Assembly (NCBI GenBank): GCA_964490075.1
Contig: CAZBBK010000031.1
Coordinates: 1 to 63,829, forward strand
Direction: 5' to 3'
Length of the DNA: 63,829 nucleotides
From: an uncultured Gemmatimonadota bacterium
GTDB lineage: Bacteria > GCA-2686955
Shown: in pieces, positions 1 through 12,590 of the stretch
Position numbering within the stretch: position 1 is the first letter of the stretch
Layout: each line of letters opens with the position of its first letter
Position numbers and translations under genes: made by a program
Notes under the pieces: model-generated
Told to the model about the DNA's origin: nothing
The model's database searches: none
What the model saw: the letters and a program-made list of their open reading frames with translations, nothing else

Positions 1-30
1 CTCCCTGACGGTCATCGCGGTCTCACCCAT
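1..30 (-). CDS. Possible 5' end of a gene running off the left edge (MGETAMTVRE...)
   Basis: ATG at 30 preceded by GAGGG, same orientation as neighbours. Only 10 codons are visible. Confidence 0.3.
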   Translation of the reverse strand, partial: MGETAMTVRE

Positions 31-235
31 GCGGTTGCCCTCGCGTCCGAGAACTCGGTTCAAGCGAAGGCAGACTAGGGCAAGCCAGTCCAACGATCAA
101 CCGCGGGGTCGGGATGTTCTCCCGCGAGCGATGTCTGCCCACTGCCGTGTTGCGGCGCGACCGATCCGCGATGCAGCGGCCGCGCAAAGGCCGGCGCCTG
201 CTATCAACGCGATCCGGTAAACACGGTAGGCGGAT

Positions 236-1165
236 TCAGACCCGCACGATCAGCGCCTTCGGAAGCACCTCGAAGGTCGCCGGCAGCCGCCCGGGCTGCT
301 CGCCATCGACATCGAGCAGCACCTCTCCCCCATCGAGCGGCTCCAGCGTGACCCCTGCGACCCGGCGCCAGATCACCCGCGAATCGTCCAAGGCCGTGCC
401 GGAGTAGACCTTGGCGAGTAGACCGAGGGCCCGAAGGGGGGTCAGGTAGGGCATCGCCACCAGGTCGAGGGCGCCGTCGGCCGGATCGGAGCGGGGAGCG
501 ATGCGCATGCCGCCTCCGAAGGTGCGACCGTTGGCCAGCGCCACGACGCCGGCGTCCAGGCGGAAGGGCGCCGCTCCCTCGATCCAGATGCGCACCGGCC
601 TGGACCGGTGCCGAGCAATCGCCACCAGCGAGCCGAGCAGATAGGCAAGTGTGCCCGGAAGACGCTTGAGGGACTCGACCCTTTCCACCGTCTCTCCGCC
701 CAAACCGGCGTCCGCCACGTTGACGAAATGGCGCTCTTCGATATCGCCGGCGTTGCCGGTGAAGCGCACGCGGCCGACATCGATCCGTTGCGCCCGACCG
801 CGGGCGGCACAGAGCAGCGCCGCATCGATCTTCCTGGGGATGCCGAGGGTGCGGGCGAGATCGCCACCGGTGCCCGCCGGAACGATGCCGAGCTCGACCT
901 CGCTCGGAGCACCCCCCGTGGCGCGCAAGAGCCCGTCGACGGCCTCGGACACGGTCCCGTCGCCGCCGACCACCACGACTCTCGGGCAGCCTTCACGCGC
1001 CGCCGCCTCCGCCAGCTCCACCGCATGCCCGCGGGCCTCGGTACGGCGCAGCTCGACGGCATCGAAGAGCGCGCGCGCGGAATCGACGACCAGCGGGATC
1101 GAGCGTAGCGCCCCCCCGCCACCGGAACGAGGGTTGGCGATGATGAGCGTCGGAACGCGGCTCAG
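236..1165 (-). CDS. Diacylglycerol/lipid kinase family protein (YegS/BmrU-like)
   Basis: Motifs IIANPRSGGG, GGDGTVSE, PAGTGGD, GRTFGGG, VDGE. Start uncertain: the only plausible codon before the NPxSG motif is CTG at 1165. The upstream part of ORF 236..1822 overlaps the next gene. Confidence 0.9.
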   Translation of the reverse strand: MSRVPTLIIANPRSGGGGALRSIPLVVDSARALFDAVELRRTEARGHAVELAEAAAREGCPRVVVVGGDGTVSEAVDGLLRATGGAPSEVELGIVPAGTGGDLARTLGIPRKIDAALLCAARGRAQRIDVGRVRFTGNAGDIEERHFVNVADAGLGGETVERVESLKRLPGTLAYLLGSLVAIARHRSRPVRIWIEGAAPFRLDAGVVALANGRTFGGGMRIAPRSDPADGALDLVAMPYLTPLRALGLLAKVYSGTALDDSRVIWRRVAGVTLEPLDGGEVLLDVDGEQPGRLPATFEVLPKALIVRV

Positions 1166-1902
1166 AAGCGGATTCCCACACCCATGTGCCAGGTCATGCC
1201 GGTGAAATCGAGGTCGTCGGTGCCGTCGTCCACCACAGAAGCGGGATCGGAGTCGATGTTGCGCACCCGCAGCATCGTGTAGGTGGCTCCCAGAGTGATC
1301 GGGAAGTCGGGGTAGCTGGGCTGGTCGAGCCCCGGAATGGTGAAGTTCATCCCACCGCCGACGCGCCAGGTCGTACCCCAGCCCTCGAAGTAGGTGCCGC
1401 GCAAGAAGGGCAGTGAGCGCGATCCGCTGCCGTGGTTCTGGAACATGGCGCCGTTGCTGAAGCCGGCATCGATTTGCCCGTAGAGCTCCGTGTGGTCGGT
1501 CAGGAGGGGCCGGATCAGCCTGAAGCCGCCCAGGAAGGCCGTGTAGCCTGGGTGCAGCCGGTAGTCGTCGTCGGAGTCGAAACGGCCGCTGGGGTTGGTC
1601 TCGTTGACGTTGAACGAGCCCGGATCTAGCGGCGCGGTGGCCGAGTAGGTCACCGAGCCCACCACGTAGGTGTAGCCGACCGAAACCGGTATGAACACGG
1701 ATCGGAGGCTGTACTCGACGCTGTAGAACGACTCGCCGTCCAGCTGATCGCCTGCGACCGATAGGTTGTAGGTCGAGGAGGGGCCCCATCGCAGGGTCAG
1801 CTCCTGCGAATGAGGCACCCACATCGCCTGTGTGGTGGTTCCCCCCGCGAGCAAGAGGAGGACCGCCAGCCGAATAACGCTGTGTCCGCCAAGCTTTCTC
1901 AT
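1162..1902 (-). CDS. Outer-membrane beta-barrel protein (small OmpA/PorT-like size)
   Basis: Signal peptide (MRKLGG...LAVLLLLAGGTTTQA), alternating Gly/aromatic strands, C-terminal HMGVGIRF BAM-type motif. Start moved to ATG 1902. Confidence 0.75.
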   Translation of the reverse strand: MRKLGGHSVIRLAVLLLLAGGTTTQAMWVPHSQELTLRWGPSSTYNLSVAGDQLDGESFYSVEYSLRSVFIPVSVGYTYVVGSVTYSATAPLDPGSFNVNETNPSGRFDSDDDYRLHPGYTAFLGGFRLIRPLLTDHTELYGQIDAGFSNGAMFQNHGSGSRSLPFLRGTYFEGWGTTWRVGGGMNFTIPGLDQPSYPDFPITLGATYTMLRVRNIDSDPASVVDDGTDDLDFTGMTWHMGVGIRF

Positions 1903-1988
1903 GTGGGCATCATAGCGCCATGCGGGCGCCCATGGGGAAGCAATTGCGCGCCAGGAAGGGCAGCGGGCGTTGGCTCGTGAGCGGACCC

Positions 1989-3671
1989 TCAGAGCCTGCC
2001 CGAGCGCAGAATCCCCACCACCAGCCACACCGAGGCGAATCCCGCGGCTCCGAATCCGGCGAGACCGAGCGCCGAGACCCCCCACAGCGTGGGACCGGCG
2101 CCAGTGGCCAGCAGAATCGCCGAGCCGATCACCACCGCACCGACCACCAGGCCGAGCGTCAGCCGGTTCGACGAACGCTCCATTTCGTGGCGGAAGTCCT
2201 CCAGCCCATCGTGCTTGATCACCAGAGCCTGGCGGCCCTTGCGCAAGCGGGTGGTCAGCCCCTTGAGCTCACGCGGCAGCACGCGCACGAAATCGGCGTA
2301 ATCGAGTGCGGCGTCGGCGACCAGCCCACCCAGGCGCTCCGGGCTGTAGCGCCGGGCGAGGATCTCCTTGATATAGGGCGTCGCCTCCTGGACCAGGTCG
2401 AGCTCGGGATCGAGCCGGCAGCCGAGGGCGTCGTGCATCACCAGGGTTTTGAGCAGCAGCACCAGCTCCGGCGGCGGATGGATGTCATTGCGATTCATCG
2501 CCCCGAAGAGGTCGCCGGCCATCGAGTTGATATCCAGCTCGCCGAGGGGCACGCCGTGGTAGTGATCCAGGATCTCGTCGACGTCGGCCAGAAAGCGGCG
2601 CGGAACCTCGTCGCCGGGAAAGCCACCGGTGCGCTCGAAGAAGCCGACGATGCCGTCGCGATTGCGGCGCACCAGGGCGATCAAGAGGAGCGCCAGCTCG
2701 TCGCGCAGGTCGCGTGGCAAACGCCCCATCATGCCGAAGTCGACCGGAGCGATTCCGCCGTCGTCCTTGACGAAGAGGTTGCCCGGATGGGGGTCGGCGT
2801 GGAAGAAGCCGTCGCGGAAGACCTGGGTCAGAATCGCCTGCGTGCCGCTGCGGGCGATGGCCCGCAGATCGTGACCGCGGGCGCGCAACGCCTCAATGTC
2901 GGAGATCTTGATGCCGTCGACGTAGTCGAGCACCATCACCGATTCGGCGACCAGGTCGCGGTGCAGGCGCGGCACCGAGATGCCCGGTTGGGCGCGCATG
3001 TTGGCGGCGAAGACCCGCAGGTTTCTGGCCTCGTGGCGGAAGTCGAGTTCCTTGAGCAGCGTCGAGCTGAGCTGCTCGACCAGCCCTTGCGGGTCGTAAC
3101 GCCGCAGCTCCGGCAGGTGGCGGGCGACCAGGCGCGCCAGATCGCGCAGGATGTGGGCGTCGGTCTGCACCGTGCGCACGATCTCCGGCCGCCGCACCTT
3201 TACCACCACCTCATGGCCGTCGAGCAGGGCGCCTCGGTGCACCTGGGCGATCGAGGCGGCCGCCAGCGGGGTGTCGTCGAAGCGCTCGAAGAGCTGATCG
3301 ATGCTTCTCCCCAGTGCCTGTTCGATCTCGGCGCGCGCCGTCGGGGCGGGGATCGGTGTGGCGTGATCGTGCAGGCGGGCGAGCTCGTCGAGCAGCTCGT
3401 CGGGCAGCCCAGTCGCCTGCATGGCCAGCATCTGTCCCAGCTTGACGAAGGTCGGACCGAGCTCCTCGAAGGCCAGGCGCAAGCGCACCGGGAAGCCGAG
3501 GCTTTCGAAAGGAGCGGGGCGGCGGCGCAAGATCCGCCTGCCGACGTCGACGTAGGCGCCCAGCTCGAGCCGCTCTACCAGGTGGCCGAAGCCGTAGCCC
3601 AGGAAGACGTTGATGATCTGCCGGTAACGCTGGATGTTGCGGTAGGTCAGGTCGACGCGCGGGATCGGCAT
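1989..3671 (-). CDS. ubiB: UbiB/AarF (ABC1) family atypical kinase
   Basis: LGPTFVKLGQ, PLAAASIAQVH, VVVKV, FFHADPHPGN, DFGM, two C-terminal TM helices. Confidence 0.93.
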   Translation of the reverse strand: MPIPRVDLTYRNIQRYRQIINVFLGYGFGHLVERLELGAYVDVGRRILRRRPAPFESLGFPVRLRLAFEELGPTFVKLGQMLAMQATGLPDELLDELARLHDHATPIPAPTARAEIEQALGRSIDQLFERFDDTPLAAASIAQVHRGALLDGHEVVVKVRRPEIVRTVQTDAHILRDLARLVARHLPELRRYDPQGLVEQLSSTLLKELDFRHEARNLRVFAANMRAQPGISVPRLHRDLVAESVMVLDYVDGIKISDIEALRARGHDLRAIARSGTQAILTQVFRDGFFHADPHPGNLFVKDDGGIAPVDFGMMGRLPRDLRDELALLLIALVRRNRDGIVGFFERTGGFPGDEVPRRFLADVDEILDHYHGVPLGELDINSMAGDLFGAMNRNDIHPPPELVLLLKTLVMHDALGCRLDPELDLVQEATPYIKEILARRYSPERLGGLVADAALDYADFVRVLPRELKGLTTRLRKGRQALVIKHDGLEDFRHEMERSSNRLTLGLVVGAVVIGSAILLATGAGPTLWGVSALGLAGFGAAGFASVWLVVGILRSGRL

Positions 3672-5804
3672 CTAGCGCGTCTCCTCGATGCGCAGCAGCA
3701 GCCGGGCCAGGTCGGCTCCGCTCCGCACCTCGACGATCTCGCGGTTCTGCGCCAGGAATACGATCGCCTCGCGCTCCACGCCGAGCCGCTCGAGCCAGCG
3801 CTCGAGATCGGCCAGGCGCGCGTCGATCGTGGCCGCCTCCGGGACCGGTTCCGCGATCGCTTCGCCGTCCAGGAAGCGTTGCCAGACAGCCGGGTCGGTG
3901 GAATCGACCGCCAGCCAGCGCCGGCACTCGGCCAGCGTGTCGATGCTGCGATCTTGGGCGGCGGGTAGCAAGGGACGAACGCGCAAGTCGATCTCGGTCT
4001 GGGTGAACGCGAGGGTCTGGAGCGCTTCCGCCAGCACACCCCGTGCGAATCGATCCAGCGGCGGAACCAGGATGTCGAGCGCCCCGCGGATCGGCTCGCG
4101 CGCCAGATCGAGATTGGCTCCCGAGACCGCCGGATCGAGCAACCATTCGGAGCGGCGACGCACGAAGATTCCGCTGTCGGGAGCGGCCGGCTGACCATCC
4201 AACACCAGAGCGGGAAGATAGCGCAGATCGAGCTTCTCGATCCAGCTCCGCCCCGCTGCGCTGGAATGTTCGATCCAGCGCGTCTCCAGCCCCGGCAGCA
4301 GGCCGCGCAACGCCGCCACGAGCTCGCGCTCCGGCCCCGCCACCGCGGTCGAGTCGTAGAGGACCAGCGCGTTCACCCGCGGGGCCGCTTCGGAGACGCA
4401 GCGGGCCGCGCGAGTGCCGGCGTCGCGGCAGATTCCGAGGCGTCCCGGCGCCGCGCAGTCGCGGTCGGCGAGGCACTCGGGTGCCTGGGTGCAGGCTCGG
4501 CTCGAATCGGACAGAGCCCGGCACAGGAGCCACTCCAGGGTCACGGGATCGAGCGCGCCGCGATGCAGGCGGTTGGCGACGAAGAGGGCCGGCGACTTGT
4601 CGATTCCGAGGCGCAGGGTGCGCTCTCGATCGACCTCGAGCGACTCCTCACCGGCCTCGAGACAGGCTTCTAGCTCGTGACGCCGCGCGCATTCCGTGAG
4701 CGGCTCTCCGCGCGAGACGGCCAGAAAGAGCTCGAGCCAGGCGAGCTCGTCGAGCCAGCTCCGCGCGCAGCCCAGGAAGCGATCGGCGGGCGTGAAGGAG
4801 CCGTCCTCGGCGGCCTGGATGCGCGGGACCAGCTCGAGCTCCGAGAGCGGATCCGGCGCCAGCTCGATCAGCGATTCGCCGACCTGCTCGCAGTAGGAGC
4901 AACCCGGGCTCAGGTAGATATCGAGTGGCGGGCGGCGCTGCGCCCGAAACCGTGTCCCGGCCACCAGCGCCGCGACCCTCGGATCGTCCGCGTGGGCCGC
5001 GTCGAGCTCGATTCCGCGCACACGAGGCGGGGCATCGCGACGAAGATCGATGCGCGCCAGCGACCGGCCCCGGTAGTCGAACTGCACCAGCGGCACGTCG
5101 CCGACCCAGCGCGCCGGCGCGCCGCCGCGGCGGCGATGCGCGTTCAGCACCAGGTCGATATCCGGCAGCTCGCGCGCCAGATCGACGGCGAGCGCCTCGC
5201 CGAGATGGGCGATCAGGATCGTCCAGTCGGCGGCGGGCGCGTGCTGCAGCGCGGCAGCGGCGGCCCGCAGCGGATCGTCGGGACGGGGTGTGGCGGCGAG
5301 CAAGGGCTCCTGGGTGGTCAAGGCCAGGATATTGACGCGCACACCGTCGCGCTCGACGCTGCGCAGTGCAGGAATCGCGGCGCCGTGGAAGGCGGGCAGA
5401 TTCGCCGAGACCAGGGGCAAGAGCAGCGCGAGGCTGTCGAGCAGCCCGCTGGCCAGCTCCTCGTCTCCCACCGCAACGGCGTCGTAGCCGGTCGCGGCCA
5501 TCGCGCGCGCCGTGGCCAGGGTGCGCTCGCGGTCGCGGGCCCTCCCCTGGGGCTGGGGATCGTGCGGGCCGCCGGCCGCGAAAGCGCCGCCGTCGAGCAG
5601 CAGCACCGGCCCCGGTGCGCTGGCGCGGAGTCCGGCCGCCACGGCCGCCCGGCGGGCCGCGCCACCGAGACCCTCGGTCGGTTCGAGCGTCGCGTGCAGC
5701 TCGGCGGAGTAGAGCACGATCAGGTGCCGCGCGGGCTCCGGGGGAGGGCTGGAAGCGCAGCCGCAGACCAGACCGGCGAGAGCGACGGCGAACGCTAGCC
5801 GCAT
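3672..5804 (-). CDS. Lipoprotein: degenerate 5'-nucleotidase-type metallophosphoesterase domain + thioredoxin/DsbA-like domain (CSYC) + Cys-rich module
   Basis: Lipobox LVCGC. GGAARRA, LLDGG, GYDAVAVG, SANL, DIDLVL..H follow the nucleotidase fold. CxxC plus cis-Pro-like SPALFV follows, then a CLADRDC...C...C cluster. Confidence 0.7.
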   Translation of the reverse strand: MRLAFAVALAGLVCGCASSPPPEPARHLIVLYSAELHATLEPTEGLGGAARRAAVAAGLRASAPGPVLLLDGGAFAAGGPHDPQPQGRARDRERTLATARAMAATGYDAVAVGDEELASGLLDSLALLLPLVSANLPAFHGAAIPALRSVERDGVRVNILALTTQEPLLAATPRPDDPLRAAAAALQHAPAADWTILIAHLGEALAVDLARELPDIDLVLNAHRRRGGAPARWVGDVPLVQFDYRGRSLARIDLRRDAPPRVRGIELDAAHADDPRVAALVAGTRFRAQRRPPLDIYLSPGCSYCEQVGESLIELAPDPLSELELVPRIQAAEDGSFTPADRFLGCARSWLDELAWLELFLAVSRGEPLTECARRHELEACLEAGEESLEVDRERTLRLGIDKSPALFVANRLHRGALDPVTLEWLLCRALSDSSRACTQAPECLADRDCAAPGRLGICRDAGTRAARCVSEAAPRVNALVLYDSTAVAGPERELVAALRGLLPGLETRWIEHSSAAGRSWIEKLDLRYLPALVLDGQPAAPDSGIFVRRRSEWLLDPAVSGANLDLAREPIRGALDILVPPLDRFARGVLAEALQTLAFTQTEIDLRVRPLLPAAQDRSIDTLAECRRWLAVDSTDPAVWQRFLDGEAIAEPVPEAATIDARLADLERWLERLGVEREAIVFLAQNREIVEVRSGADLARLLLRIEETR

Positions 5805-6730
5805 GTCTGCGCGATCAGTGCGTCATAACCCGGCAGTGATCGGGGCCAACCGGCGATGCGGCACTGCTCGGCCGCGGCCCGGCCGGCCAGCCGCGCGGCC
5901 CTGGCCAGAGGGAGCCCGCGCATCAGGCCGACCAGCAGGGCGGCGCCGTGCACGTCGCCGCAACCGGTCGGATCGCGGGCATCGAGGCCGCGAACCGGCT
6001 CGATCGATGTGGCGCTGCCGGGCTCATCGAAAAGCCGAGCGCCCTCGGCTCCGCGAGTGACGATCAAGGCGCCCACCCCCCGCTCCAGCACCTCGGCCGC
6101 CAGATCTGCTACCTCACGCTCGCCCTCGATCCGCTCGCCGCCCCGTCCCCCGAGCACCGCCAGCTCCTCTTCGTTGACCTGCACCACGTCGGCACCCGGC
6201 AGCCAATCCCGCCAGCCGTCCAGGTCGCGCTTGCGGGTGCGCCGGCCCCGGGCGTCGCGCCCCAGCGTCAGGCTGTGGAGGTCGACGACCAGCGGCCCGC
6301 GCAGCACCGAGCGCAGCCCTCGCAGGGACTCCGGCGCCGCATCCTCGCCGGAGATGAAGTTGAAGAGCAGGCCGTCGGCACCGTCCGCGTGGCGCAGGAT
6401 CTGCTCGCGATCGAGTGGCGGCGGCAAGCGATGAGCCTGCTCGCAGCGATGCTCGTCGTCGTGGTAGCGCAGCTCCACCCGGTAGCGCCCGCCGGGGACC
6501 GCGGCGATGCCCTCGGTGCACACCCCCGGCAGCTCCGCCAGGATGCCAAAAAGCTCCGGGAGCGAATCGTGCGCGACCTGAGAGACCGGAACCACCGCCG
6601 CTTCGCGTGGCAGCAGCGCGCTGAGCGCGGCCACGCAGTGAATCAGTCCCCCCGGCCCCTCGAAGAGCACCCCGCCGGCCGCATCGCGAATCGTGTCCCA
6701 GGCGAAGGTGCCGACGGCAACCGCCTTCAT
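5795..6730 (-). CDS. PfkB-family carbohydrate kinase
   Basis: QVNEEE, VTRGAEGA, DPTGCGD anion-hole motif. ATG 6730 overlaps the ROK gene stop (ATGA). Confidence 0.88.
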   Translation of the reverse strand: MKAVAVGTFAWDTIRDAAGGVLFEGPGGLIHCVAALSALLPREAAVVPVSQVAHDSLPELFGILAELPGVCTEGIAAVPGGRYRVELRYHDDEHRCEQAHRLPPPLDREQILRHADGADGLLFNFISGEDAAPESLRGLRSVLRGPLVVDLHSLTLGRDARGRRTRKRDLDGWRDWLPGADVVQVNEEELAVLGGRGGERIEGEREVADLAAEVLERGVGALIVTRGAEGARLFDEPGSATSIEPVRGLDARDPTGCGDVHGAALLVGLMRGLPLARAARLAGRAAAEQCRIAGWPRSLPGYDALIAQTCG

Positions 6731-7683
6731 CTGCTCCCTTCCATCGCCACCCGGGCGGCACCGATCAATCCCGCGTCGTCGCCGAGGCTGCAGAGACCGA
6801 TCTCGGCGGATGCGCGCAGCTCGGCGAAGGAGCGGCGCTCCACCTCTTTGCGGATCGGTGCCAGCAGGAACTCCCCGGCACGTGCTCCCCCTCCACCGAA
6901 GAGCACCAGTTGCGGATTGAGCACGTTGATCAGGTTCGCGGTTCCGATGCCCAGATAGCGGCCGGTCTCTTCCAGCACCCGCAAGGCGACCGGATCGTCG
7001 GCCTGACAGGCCTCGCTCACCGTCTCGGCGCTGATCGCCGCCGGGTCGCCGCCGGCGCGCTCCAGCATCTTCGACTCGAAGCCCTTCTGGATCTTCTCCC
7101 GGGCTCGAGCAGCGATCGCCGGAGCCGAGGCGAGCGCCTCCAGGCAGCCCTGGTTGCCACAAGCGCAGAGCGGGCCGTTGGGCTCGATCGTCATATGCCC
7201 CACCTCGCCGGCGCTGAACGAGCTGCCGCGATAGAGGCGTCCCCCGAAGATCAGGCCGCCGCCGATGCCGGTGCCGATGGTCAACACGATCAGGTCGCGC
7301 GCCTCGCGGCCGGCACCGGTCCAGGCCTCGCCGAGCGCCGCGGCGTTGGCGTCGTTCTCGAGCGTGACCGGCAGCTCGCAGCGTCGCGCGAGGTCGGCCG
7401 CCAGCGGCTTGTCGTCGAAGCCCTCGAGGTTCGGAGCCTGGATGACGATGCCGCGCTCGGTATCGAGCGGCCCGGGTGCGCCGATGCCGACCGCGACGAT
7501 GACGCGCGATCCGATCATCAGTCTCAGACCGTCGGCGATCCGGTCGAGCACCTCGTCGTACCCGTCCTCCGCCGCGGTGGGGACTTCCAGACGCTCCAGG
7601 ATGGCGCCCTTTTCGGAGACCAATCCCAGGATCGTATTCGTGCCGCCGAGATCGACCCCGGCGAAGACCCGCGATCGAGCCAT
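6727..7683 (-). CDS. ROK-family sugar kinase (glucokinase-like)
   Basis: GVDLGGT, ENDANAAALGE, GTGIGGG, GEVGH, CACGNQGCLE zinc motif. Confidence 0.93.
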   Translation of the reverse strand: MARSRVFAGVDLGGTNTILGLVSEKGAILERLEVPTAAEDGYDEVLDRIADGLRLMIGSRVIVAVGIGAPGPLDTERGIVIQAPNLEGFDDKPLAADLARRCELPVTLENDANAAALGEAWTGAGREARDLIVLTIGTGIGGGLIFGGRLYRGSSFSAGEVGHMTIEPNGPLCACGNQGCLEALASAPAIAARAREKIQKGFESKMLERAGGDPAAISAETVSEACQADDPVALRVLEETGRYLGIGTANLINVLNPQLVLFGGGGARAGEFLLAPIRKEVERRSFAELRASAEIGLCSLGDDAGLIGAARVAMEGSR

Positions 7684-7736
7684 CGGAACTCCAGACCATG
7701 TCGCCGAACCGTTGCCGCCCGTGCGTGGGCAGGCTC

Positions 7737-8711
7737 CTAGTAGTTGGCGACGAAGTGCTTGGATGCGTAGCGTGCCACCCGTCGTTTCGGGTAGCGATCG
7801 CGCAGATCGGTCAGGAAGGTGACCGCCTGATCCTCCTCCAGCATCCCGACCAGCTGTGCCATGATCGGATCGACGAAGCCGGAGTCAGGGTAGAGGCGCA
7901 GGAAATCGTAGGCGAGACCGATCGCGTCTTTCTCGCGGGACTCGCGCAGCAGCTCGAAGCGCATGAAGTAAGCCGATTCGGTGGCCGGGACCAGGGGGTA
8001 GTTGAAGATGATGGAGGCCAGGGCGGCGTCGGCACTGACCGCGGCGCCCCGGGCATACTCGGCGCGTGCCCCTTCGAGGAGATGGATGACCCGATCTTCC
8101 AATCCCCCCGGCAGCTTGACATCGAACGCGGCCGGCGGGCTGGCGATCGCACCACCGATGGGCGTCTCGAGATCCTCGAATTCGCACTCCAGGAACGCCT
8201 TCAGCCGGTAGCCGGAACCGGCCGGCAGCTGGCTGCTCTCGATGCCCCCGGGTCGATGCGCGCTGCCGAAGCCTTCGAGCAGGTTGATCGAGCCGACCCA
8301 GGTTCCGTAGGCCGGCAGGTAGATGCTGTCTTCCGACTCGATTTCGTCCACGGGGCTCTTCCAGTGCAGCGTGTCCCCTTCTGGAGAGACCAGCTCCAGG
8401 CGCAGCGTCGAGGAGCCGGGAATCGGCACGGGGAGCCAGTGGGCCTCATCGCCGAGGTTGTCGATCTTCAGGTCGACGAAGATCGCCTCCCCTTGCGCGA
8501 CCGTCTTGCGAACCGGCTCGAGCTCGATCGCCAGCAACGCATCGAGGGGACTGCCCGGCATGTTCTTGGCGCGCCCGGCACCGCAGCCCGCCGCGGAGCA
8601 GGCGATCAGCAGCAAGAGAAGGCCGCGAGCGGCGGCGAAGGGGTGGGGCGACTCGGTTTTCAGGGCCGGCCGGAGACCGGACCCGCGCGGGACCTCTGTT
8701 CGTTTCATCAT
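7737..8711 (-). CDS. Hypothetical lipoprotein, beta-rich N-domain plus TPR-like C-terminal helices
   Basis: Hydrophobic stretch ending ACSAAGC. Repeated FNYP/RLYPDS/DRYPK helix-turn motifs typical of TPR/BamD-like repeats. Start uncertain. Confidence 0.6.
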   Translation of the reverse strand: MMKRTEVPRGSGLRPALKTESPHPFAAARGLLLLLIACSAAGCGAGRAKNMPGSPLDALLAIELEPVRKTVAQGEAIFVDLKIDNLGDEAHWLPVPIPGSSTLRLELVSPEGDTLHWKSPVDEIESEDSIYLPAYGTWVGSINLLEGFGSAHRPGGIESSQLPAGSGYRLKAFLECEFEDLETPIGGAIASPPAAFDVKLPGGLEDRVIHLLEGARAEYARGAAVSADAALASIIFNYPLVPATESAYFMRFELLRESREKDAIGLAYDFLRLYPDSGFVDPIMAQLVGMLEEDQAVTFLTDLRDRYPKRRVARYASKHFVANY

Positions 8712-9846
8712 GGCCCGATACTACCCGAAAGCGGCGGCGCGGGAACCCAGTGGGCGACTCCCGCGGCGACGCGCACCAGACCGGCCCGCTCCAGGCGGCC
8801 CAGGGAGCTGCGCAGCGCTGCGATCTCGAGGTCGAGGCGCACCGCCAGCTCGTCGACCGGCAAGGGGGAGCCGGCCAGGGCGCGGGCCAGTGACGCCGCC
8901 TCCCGCAGCGGCTCGGGCCCGTCATGGTCGCCGCTCCCGGTCCGCGGCGCGGCGCTCGGATCGTCGAGCGGCAGCAAGAGCTGCTGGTCGCGGAGCAGAT
9001 CCTCGGGCCCCAGCACCACCTCGGCGCCGTCCTGAATCAGCCGGTTGCTGCCGCGAGTCTCGAGGCTCAGGCCGTCGCCCGGATAGGCCAGCACCGCGCG
9101 GCCGAGCGCCTGGGCGTGGTCGACGGTGTGCAGCGCACCCGACTTGCTCCCCGCCTCGACCACCAGCACCCGGTCCGAGAGCGCGGCGATCAGCCAGTTA
9201 CGAATCGGGAAGCGGTAGGGCAGGGCCGGCGTGCCGGGCAGAAAATGCGAGATCACCGCGCCTCCGCCGTCGACGATGCGCCGGTAGAGCGTGGTCTGCG
9301 AGCGCGGGCTAGGAAGGTCGGCGCCGGAGGCCAGAACCGCAACCGTGATGCCGTCCACACCGAGGGCGCCGCGGTGCGCCGCGTCGTCGATTCCGAAGGC
9401 CATCCCGCTCACGACCACCTCGCCTCGGCAGGCCGCCGACGCCGCCAGAGTCTGGGCGGCGTCGCGGCCCCGTTCGGTCGCCCGGCGGCTGCCCACGAAG
9501 GCGATCCAGGGCCGCTCCGGCGAGGGCAGCAACCCTTTCGCGTAGAGCACCGGCGGCGCGTCGTCGAGGATCCGCAGGCGCCGCGGATAGTCGCTCTCGC
9601 CGCGATAGATCAGCCGCAGTCCGGCCCGCTCCGCGTGCGCGCGCACCCGGCGAGGAGGATGCTCGCGCAGGGCCGCGCGAGCCCGCTCGAGCGGCGCGGA
9701 GTCGCGTCCGGGCGCGGCGCGGGTGAGCAGCTCTTCGAGCGAGAACGCCGAGGCCGCGCCCCCCGAGGCGGCGCGCGCGAGCGCCGCGGCCGCCCCCGGT
9801 GCGTGGGTCTGCAGCACCGAGAGACGGAGCAGATGGTCGCGATCGC

Positions 9847-9850
<4 letters not shown>
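8708..9850 (-). CDS. dprA: DNA-processing protein DprA
   Basis: YPRRL..DAPPVLY.KG, VGSRRAT, VSGMAFGIDDAAH, FPIRN, VVEAGSKSGAL, GSNRLI, C-terminal winged helix. ATG 9850. Confidence 0.95.
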
Positions 9851-12576
<2,726 letters not shown>

Positions 12577-12590
12577 CGGTCGCCTCCTCT

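Noticed and set aside
1989..3671. ubiB as evidence of ubiquinone synthesis alongside mqnD
   Set aside because: UbiB-family kinases are widespread in organisms without ubiquinone, and no other ubi genes are present.
1920..3968. Long antisense and alternate-frame ORFs (also 21341..23821, 27778..31638, 28526..32119, 52156..56964)
   Set aside because: They shadow well-supported genes, are Arg/Ala/Gly/Pro-rich with no motifs, and are expected at this GC content.
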